A DNA stretch of 64,000 bases from Phoronis australis (lineage: Eukaryota; Animalia; Phoronida), in assembly GCA_002633005.1 (NCBI GenBank), contig NMRA01000768.1, positions 35,261 to 99,260 on the forward strand, given 5' to 3'. Below, in pieces: positions 11,898 through 64,000 of the stretch. How positions within the stretch are numbered: the first letter of the stretch is position 1; every line of letters starts with the position of its first letter. Below the pieces are notes generated by a model. The model was not told the DNA's origin and ran no database searches. It saw nothing but the letters and a program-made list of their open reading frames with translations. A program made the position numbers and the translations under genes.

Positions 11898-13281
11898 AGG
11901 AGAATGCCACCAGATTTAATTAGTTTTTCTTATCGTCTTAGTCGGTCTATATCTATATCACCTCGTATACAGTCGATCTCATCTCGCCGAAAGGTGTCGT
12001 GTTAACCTATGAGGGAGGCGAGTACACGACACAGTGGTTCTTCAGCCGAGTGTGTGCCGCTATGGTGCAAACCATGAAGCTGTGAGGAAAGCGGGTATAT
12101 CGTTTTCTTAGATTTCTTCGAGAACCCGAGATGCTTCAGAAGTGATTCCCGGCAGTAAAGAATGAGAAGTACGCCATAAATATCAATTATGAGGCCGTGA
12201 AATATCTCCGTGTCTGCCAGCCAGCAATGCTCTGTTTCAAGATGAATTACTCTCACCCTAACCAATGTTTATATAAAACTGAAACAAAGTGTCAAAGTCT
12301 GTCTCAGTAGATACAATTTGTAATGCCTTAGGAGTGTTTGAGTGTAAATGTTTTCAGAAAACAACAATGAATAAATCATACTGCATTACCAGCTTCAGAT
12401 GCAATGAAACCAATTGACCGCCGTGTGAGCGCATACTAATTCAGTATTTGCCGACATAAAGATGTGACACTATAACTCGATTTCATATGCTATGGTCAGC
12501 TGTTAGGGGAATCTATATTTAAATATATATACACTATTCAAATCATTGTTATGGTACACTTTTCCCAGTACGGTTCTTGGAAGGGGAATCTGGCTTCGCG
12601 GCCCCTGACGAGTATGTAGATTTACAATTTCGCAGCTAATTCACAAAAATATTCAGGCGACTACATTATTCTTTTGGTTCACTAGTGTAGTCTTTTCGTG
12701 ACTGGAAGTTTAGTTTTCTACTTTTGCAGCCAACAAACCCGATTGATTTACGTTGGTGGTGTCTCCAGTCCTCGGCCGTGAAGGGTCTGATCAGTTTCCG
12801 GGTTATAACGAGCATTCTGTGTTACTTTAGAACTGAACAAATTCGCAAGTCTAAAATTACAACACACAGCTATGCTCTCCTGTCTCTATATCACGGAAGA
12901 ATAATTCTAATTTATCACCAAACAGAATCCAAACTTCCCACGACCGACCTTGGTAAAGGCCTAATAACTTCGTAGGCTACGGTACATTCAAAATTTCTAT
13001 AAATCCAGCGAAACAAAACAACTCATTTGTTCAAAAATCAGGCTTTTACATCGAATTTTGATGATTTATTTGTGTAAAATGATGAATTCAAGTGATACGC
13101 TGACACCAGTAAGTAGTGAACTGCTGAGCAGACTGTGTTGGAACCTGTGATGTCATTGGTTATCTTCAGCACCTCAGTCTGCCATCTCATGTCGGGTAAA
13201 AGAACAGTACTTGCTGTTATTGAGTGGAACTACTCGACCTAAATTGATAAAAAATACATTGTTTATTGGTGGCATTCTCCT
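11898..13281. mobile_element. Non-autonomous Kolobok-type DNA transposon (1384 bp)
   Basis: Perfect 15-bp TIRs AGGAGAATGCCACCA (11898-11912) and TGGTGGCATTCTCCT (13267-13281), flanked by TTAA on both sides. No transposase ORF. Confidence 0.8.
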
Positions 13282-15578
13282 TTAAATCTAAAAAAAGTCC
13301 ACATGTAATTGCCAAGATCTGGTTCATATTTGAAAACCGGCTGAACAATGTCTTGATTGACTAGACAACAGACTTCTGGTGATTCATGTTGTAACAGGAA
13401 TTGTGACTGATATTCAGCCTCATAGTCAAACCTAGAAAAGTAAATACAATCAGTAGACATGCGTAACACACAATTTTGCATTCAAGAAGATCTATGAACT
13501 GATGGGTCCACAATACTGAGAATGGTCATGCACCCTGAAGTGTAAAAAACCTTAACAGTAACGAAGTGGGGGGTGACGAATGACTTTAGAGTTTCAAAGT
13601 GGAATAAACAATTATTTCTCCTAAACAATGTTATCAAAACCTTAACTCACCAAGCACAATAATCAATTACAACACCAATCTACCCAGTTCCTGCACAAAC
13701 AGTGAAATTTCACCTATTTCGGACAAAAAGATTACCCAAATTTGTTCTTACTTTATTTTTAAAAGTTAATACTGTTGTGAATATTGTATGGTAATCGCAG
13801 TGAATTGGAACATGAACACAGTGAAGGACTATTTGGGTGGTACATGACGGTTACAAAAACATTAAAAAAAAGAAATAACTAAGTTGGCTCTATGTTACCA
13901 TCTAGGATTTATAAATACTTGACTTAGCACAGCAACACAAAATAATTGCTAAAGAACCCTCAGATAAACTGCACTATATACAATTACGTTCTGTTAACAC
14001 AAGGCACGAGTGTTCAAAATAATAAAACTAAGTTCGTGTAAAAGAGGCAAAGCAAACATCCTAACTGTACAGACTATAAATATCACAACCGTTTGGTGGA
14101 ATTCCTATTACTATGAAGTTAACTGACACGGGCCTGTTTAGAGGTTTTACAATGAAATGAAATCTCGATTACAAATAAAGTCCAGAGTCCAGATATGTTA
14201 ATGTTTCCTCAATGAACATGACAGCACATGCGAATGTAAATGTATTCTGATATTTACATGCCAAAGCAACAAAACGTTGTAAGAACCAATTGGAAATACA
14301 GAGATTTCTTCAAACTCCCTCTTCCTGTGTATTGCTATACACCTGTAAGCTGTACATTGACTTGACTATCCCCTGAAACAATAATTCCGGGCATAAAGAA
14401 CTAGCTTAGAGAAGGGTAGAACGTATGGTCATTTGTATTCAGCAGGATACTTAGAGCTAGAAAGACACATGGTGTCAATAACTGTACAGTAACCACCACC
14501 AAAAAAGTGAAGTGTTCTCACGGGAAGAACATCACAGCAAATAACATTGTCCCGTTAAGACAGTCTCCAAAATTTGAGGCATTATAATTTAAGCCGAAAT
14601 TGAATAAACTAATGATTCTGAAAACTGGGTCATGAGGGATTTTGGCGTTCATCGTATTTCTCAAATATTGAATACTAAGCTTTATATCTACAAAATTATG
14701 AGAACAGGCTTTGCAGTACATATAATCATCAAAAACAGCATGTGTCACAATGTTTTTACACGTCTTCACAGCGTGTAACATTGACGTGAGTGATTTTTGT
14801 TGTTAATTTTAATTCTTGAATTCGGGACGGACTATGTTGCTTATTTCTAAACTTTGGTACAAGCTCCGACCTTGAGCAAAATAAGTAATTTTTCACTGTC
14901 CTAAACTTGAGAATTTTCACTGTATGCACTTTTAACTAAATTATGCCAGGCTGGCCGGACAAATGAGCAGTAGAAGCACAAACGGTCCATTTTCTTCATC
15001 ATTAGATAATTTTCTCACCACCCGCAATGCTTTTAAGCTTATAAGAAAGTATGTAAGAACACATGCAGTCTCCGCACAAACCTCAGCAGAAGTGGCGCAA
15101 ATGTATTTACCTCAATGTGGCCTATCGATGCTATTATGCTGAGCATTGCTCTTTTGTTTATGTGTCATTTGGGTTTAACCCAATAGGGTGCACTTAAGAA
15201 GCAATTGGGGGTGATAGTAATTGCTTTTGTGGTTTTTGCACACTCATTAGTTGCTTTCGAAATCAAGACCCAGTGCATGTTTCTTACTGGTTAGTATCTT
15301 GCCTCATGTGCTTTTCTGATGCGCGACAACAGTTCGCAAAGTTTTTGAAGACAGAAGCCGTTTGTTTGTCTGTATGAAATGTGTGGATGAATATACATTG
15401 AAACCTAAACGTGTACCAGGTGGTTCTTTCCCGCGTGACAAGAGACCAAAACATGGCTTGAATGGAACATATCCACGAGGTTGTTACTTGTATTTTACCG
15501 CTTGTTTTTTCTCTTTTGGGAGATCATACTGAGAACTGTGTTGGTGTGACAGGGGCCAAAAATTTGTATTTGACTGTA

Positions 15579-15866
15579 CAGTACAGAACAAAAGTAATTA
15601 GACAAAACACTGCTTCGCGACATAACGGCTAATTTACTAACAGCAAAAATTAATTACTGGTAATAATTACTCTATTGCCAAAATTACAGAATGACTTTCC
15701 TGTTACTTCCCCTTCATACTTGGTCATCAGGGGAGACTACTTGGTCATCAGGGGAGACTACTTGGTCATGAGTGAAAGCTACTTTGACCACGAATTCAGC
15801 TTCCACCCAGACGTCCTGATGGGGAAATTCTTGGTCATTTTGTCTGAATACTTTTGACGTATACTG
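15579..15866. mobile_element. Tc1/mariner-type MITE with an internal 21-bp tandem repeat
   Basis: TA flanks; 29-bp TIRs starting CAGTA (23/29 match); internal tacttggtcatcaggggagac x2.5. Related copies at 48915-49174 and a partial one near 56940-56980. Confidence 0.7.
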
Positions 15867-17092
15867 TACGTCCTTTGAATTAAAGTCTGACAACAGAAAG
15901 CACCAGGTTATCGGGGGCAGCTCAAATTTCTAAATACATGCTTTTTCTATGAGCAAAAGTGTCAACGAGAATGCTACGGTTGCAGCCAGCATGTCAATGG
16001 GGCATAAACAAACAATATACTAACCCACAGCACCATTTGTCCGATAATTTTCATAAGGGCCGTCGTTGTCCTCTGAAAAAACAAGAAATAGGTTTAACCA
16101 GGGAGAATCGTAGAAACAACGGCAAATGGAGAATTACAAAAAAGGCGCAGCAGATATTCACGTTAGCCAATAGAAATGTGCAGAGCAAGTCATCTCTGAG
16201 ATGACACCTGAAAGTTGGATCAGAAACACAGAAACAAGTGGCAAATGACAGGCTTTAAAGTTACATTAACCATAGGTTAGCCAGACGTTTTAGACAGAAA
16301 CACAGCCTGTGGAGGAAGTTGAACACGTTCTACACTTATCTAGAAGTACACCTTGCACTTGTACAAAATATATGCCACAAATCTGACCAAGAGTTAAATG
16401 GGAAAGTAAAACGGAAATTGGTAATTCTAACCCCTTTTTGGATAACATCATGTGGAACAAACTACCTAATGTTTGACTACACGTCCACTCCCCAACTTTA
16501 AGACATCAAATAATTTCACTTAAAGCAACAATGTTTCATCAGTTGTATTGGGATTCCACCTGTTGATTTTAGTTGATTTTTTAACCGAACGAGTACACTA
16601 CAAACATGGCTGCAACTACCAGCTAAACCACAGCTATCTTCTAATTTAACAAAAATCAAAGAAACTATGTAACTGCAAAAGGTTCTTCAGATTTAGCCTT
16701 GCCTAAATTATTTTGTCAAAGGTTGGCAGAGCAAAAGCACTGCAAGAGACTGATTACAATGACAACTTGACCGTGACAAAAGTACAGGGAACATACAGAG
16801 ATTCGGAAACTGCAAGTGTTACATTCAGTGGTTAAATCATGCAAAACAGAATCTAAATCAAACCCTACCTGGGAGAGGAAATCAATTTTACATACTATAA
16901 TCTTTTAATTAAATAATTAATAATAAGTGACAAGTAGAAAATCAGGGATGGGGTTAGCAAAGAAACTCACAAAACATTTATACTAAGACCATAATGTAGA
17001 GAACAGTGAATCAAGACAGTCAACGACCACTGTTAAATAGTTTCCATTAATCACAAGGCAGGGGTTATGAACTACGGACAAACATTGGGGTG

Positions 17093-17348
17093 CTTATCGG
17101 GGATTTCCAGAAGAGCCACCGTGGAGGTCATTTCCCATACAAGGTTCGAGAAATCTCCCATGAAGCTCTTTCGGGATCATTTTATATGCCACGTGAAATA
17201 TGTATAAACATGTGAGTAAGACGTCGTTATTTTCTGAATTCTAGCTGGAATTTAAACTCTATTGACTGCTCAGGGAGCTGCGATCAGCAACAAGAGTTTC
17301 CAAAAGAGCCCACGCCTTTTTTCCAAGACTCCAGAAATCCCCGGTAAG
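17093..17348. mobile_element. Putative MITE
   Basis: Inverted ends cttatcggggatttccag / ccagaaatccccggtaag (15/18). Confidence 0.45.
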
Positions 17349-17445
17349 TGAGTAGACAAAATAAGAAGAGGGATTAATAACGGTTTAAACTACAAGACGA
17401 TTTCCTTTACAAATTCAACGTACAGAGTTGCTGCCTTAATGCTTT

Positions 17446-17512
17446 CCATGCATTTGAGCCAAGGGGAATAATCTCCCATGCATTAGAGCCAAGGGGAGTG
17501 ATCTCCCATGCA
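17446..17512. repeat. 30-bp tandem duplication
   Basis: ccatgcatt(t/a)gagccaagggga(a/g)t(a/g)atctc x2.2. Confidence 0.75.
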
Positions 17513-17754
17513 ATAATGCGATACCTTCCAGACAACTCGCCCGCACTAACTTTTCTGAAATGTTATCGCAACGTCGTGTGTGAACTTTGACATACAGAGT
17601 TACAAATTAAACGTGACGGCAACATGGACTGTAATTCTTGAATATTCAAGTGGAGCTTGCTGAATGTCATACCCATGGTTTCAACATAAATTATGCTAAT
17701 AAACGGGATACTCCATTCAGGTGGATTCCGACTTGGCGGTGATCACAACCACTC

Positions 17755-62665
<44,911 letters not shown>

Positions 62666-64000
62666 CTGAAAAGGAATTTAAATTCATATAAAAAGTCCCA
62701 CTTCAACTTAAATATCTTAAAAGAAGAATTTCAAATTTGCTGGTTTTTTTTTACTAAAAATACGAAGTCCTTGAATACCTTCAGATCATGTATTACAGTT
62801 TCATTCGTCTTCATTAAATAATTTCATAGTTACAGCACACATGGCAAATCAGGGGGCTGGGTGGAAATCCATCGCACCAGGATCGCAGTCTGAGGTGTGA
62901 CCAATTTAACTTTAACTTGGGGTCCACACAGCATGTGCGACACCTGTTGTGCACAGGAGCAACGACGACTTGTGTGCCTACACTGTTAAATTGCACTATA
63001 AAATGTGTTCCCACAGAGGACCATATACGATGTAAAATAAGGGCATCATAACCTACACAACCAGTATAAATATTTTGCATAGAATCATCCAAAACACAAT
63101 CTGTTTGATCCATTTACCAAGGGATGATATATCACAGCTGTAAAGCCATCAGTTGTAACCTAGCAACATTAAAGAATGTAAACAGATCCTCTTGACCTGG
63201 ACAGACAACAGGACCAAACTAGTCCCAGTAACATTATTAAATGATCTTTAACTATCATTGACAAATAGTTTAAGACACCAATCAAGAAGGCATTAGAATC
63301 AAATGAACACTGGCCATGACTGTACATGGCTCACACATCAGCACGAGAGAATTTTTAGCCACAGTTTCTACTCCATTATTCCACCACCATGAGTCATTAT
63401 CATGGTTTTGCCAAGAGGGTACTAAATCCATGATGGTCTTGTTTGTTGGCAATCACAGACAAATTAATCCCACAATATGAAACTACGCGCTTGACTTTTT
63501 TGATTGTGATTCATGATGTTTGCAATTTCGACAAACTTTCCTGTGCCATGTTAAACATAACCACCTAACACAAAATTTGATTAACAAACACACGTGAGTT
63601 TAATTATTCCCTCACATTTTAGTTCCTTTATCTTTTATACAGTTATTAGTAAAAGAGGAAATGCCTTCGCATCAAGTTATCTGATGAGGAAAGGATATTC
63701 TTACGGTAATCATGATAAACTTGCATTACGGTAAGCAGAATCTGGACTTCCCTGTTTTGAACACGACCCAAACATTATAATCATCATACACACACCCTTG
63801 TACACACAGCCGATGATCAATATTGATGCGGATGGCATCAGCAATCATAACAATGATAATAGTTACTCCAGCTTTTGCATAGCTCTGAAATCTGTGTCAG
63901 TTCAAACTAAGTGATTTATGCCAAGAGCCTCATTTACATGGTCATGGTTGCACTTTACACAGTGGTCACACTTGACATGGAAGCAGCTGACACGGAATCA

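Noticed and set aside
13263-13481. Exon-like ORF with a cttttctag acceptor as the PTP terminal exon
   Set aside because: No similarity to RPTP tails in the required phase, and closer candidates exist.

Overview
Intron-rich, AT-rich eukaryotic DNA from a bilaterian invertebrate (probably a lophotrochozoan; this is an inference). I found three protein-coding loci. (1) The last four exons of the mitochondrial ABC transporter ABCB7/Atm1 (+, 1241-4106). (2) An uncharacterised 288-aa protein encoded in one coding exon (+, 9349-10215), built from PRVKPEA-type internal repeats. (3) A large R3-subtype receptor tyrosine phosphatase, Ptp10D/PTPRB-like (-, about 17.7-62.7 kb). I assembled 31 in-phase exons by hand (6076 nt, about 2025 codons), encoding about 16 FN3 domains, a Cys-containing juxtamembrane domain, a TM helix and one catalytically intact PTP domain. 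Its 5' end was not identified and probably lies beyond the window. About 1.77 kb of the PTP-domain region appears twice around a 689-N gap, most likely as uncollapsed haplotypes. Introns and UTRs carry many non-autonomous elements: a Helentron/HINE-like element with a CTCF-like motif in every ~145-bp subunit, a Kolobok-type TTAA element, Tc1/mariner and hAT-like MITEs, SINE fragments and minisatellites. No prokaryotic systems, CRISPR arrays or rRNA genes are present. The best novelty candidates are the orphan repeat protein and the CTCF-motif array. All coordinates were read by eye.
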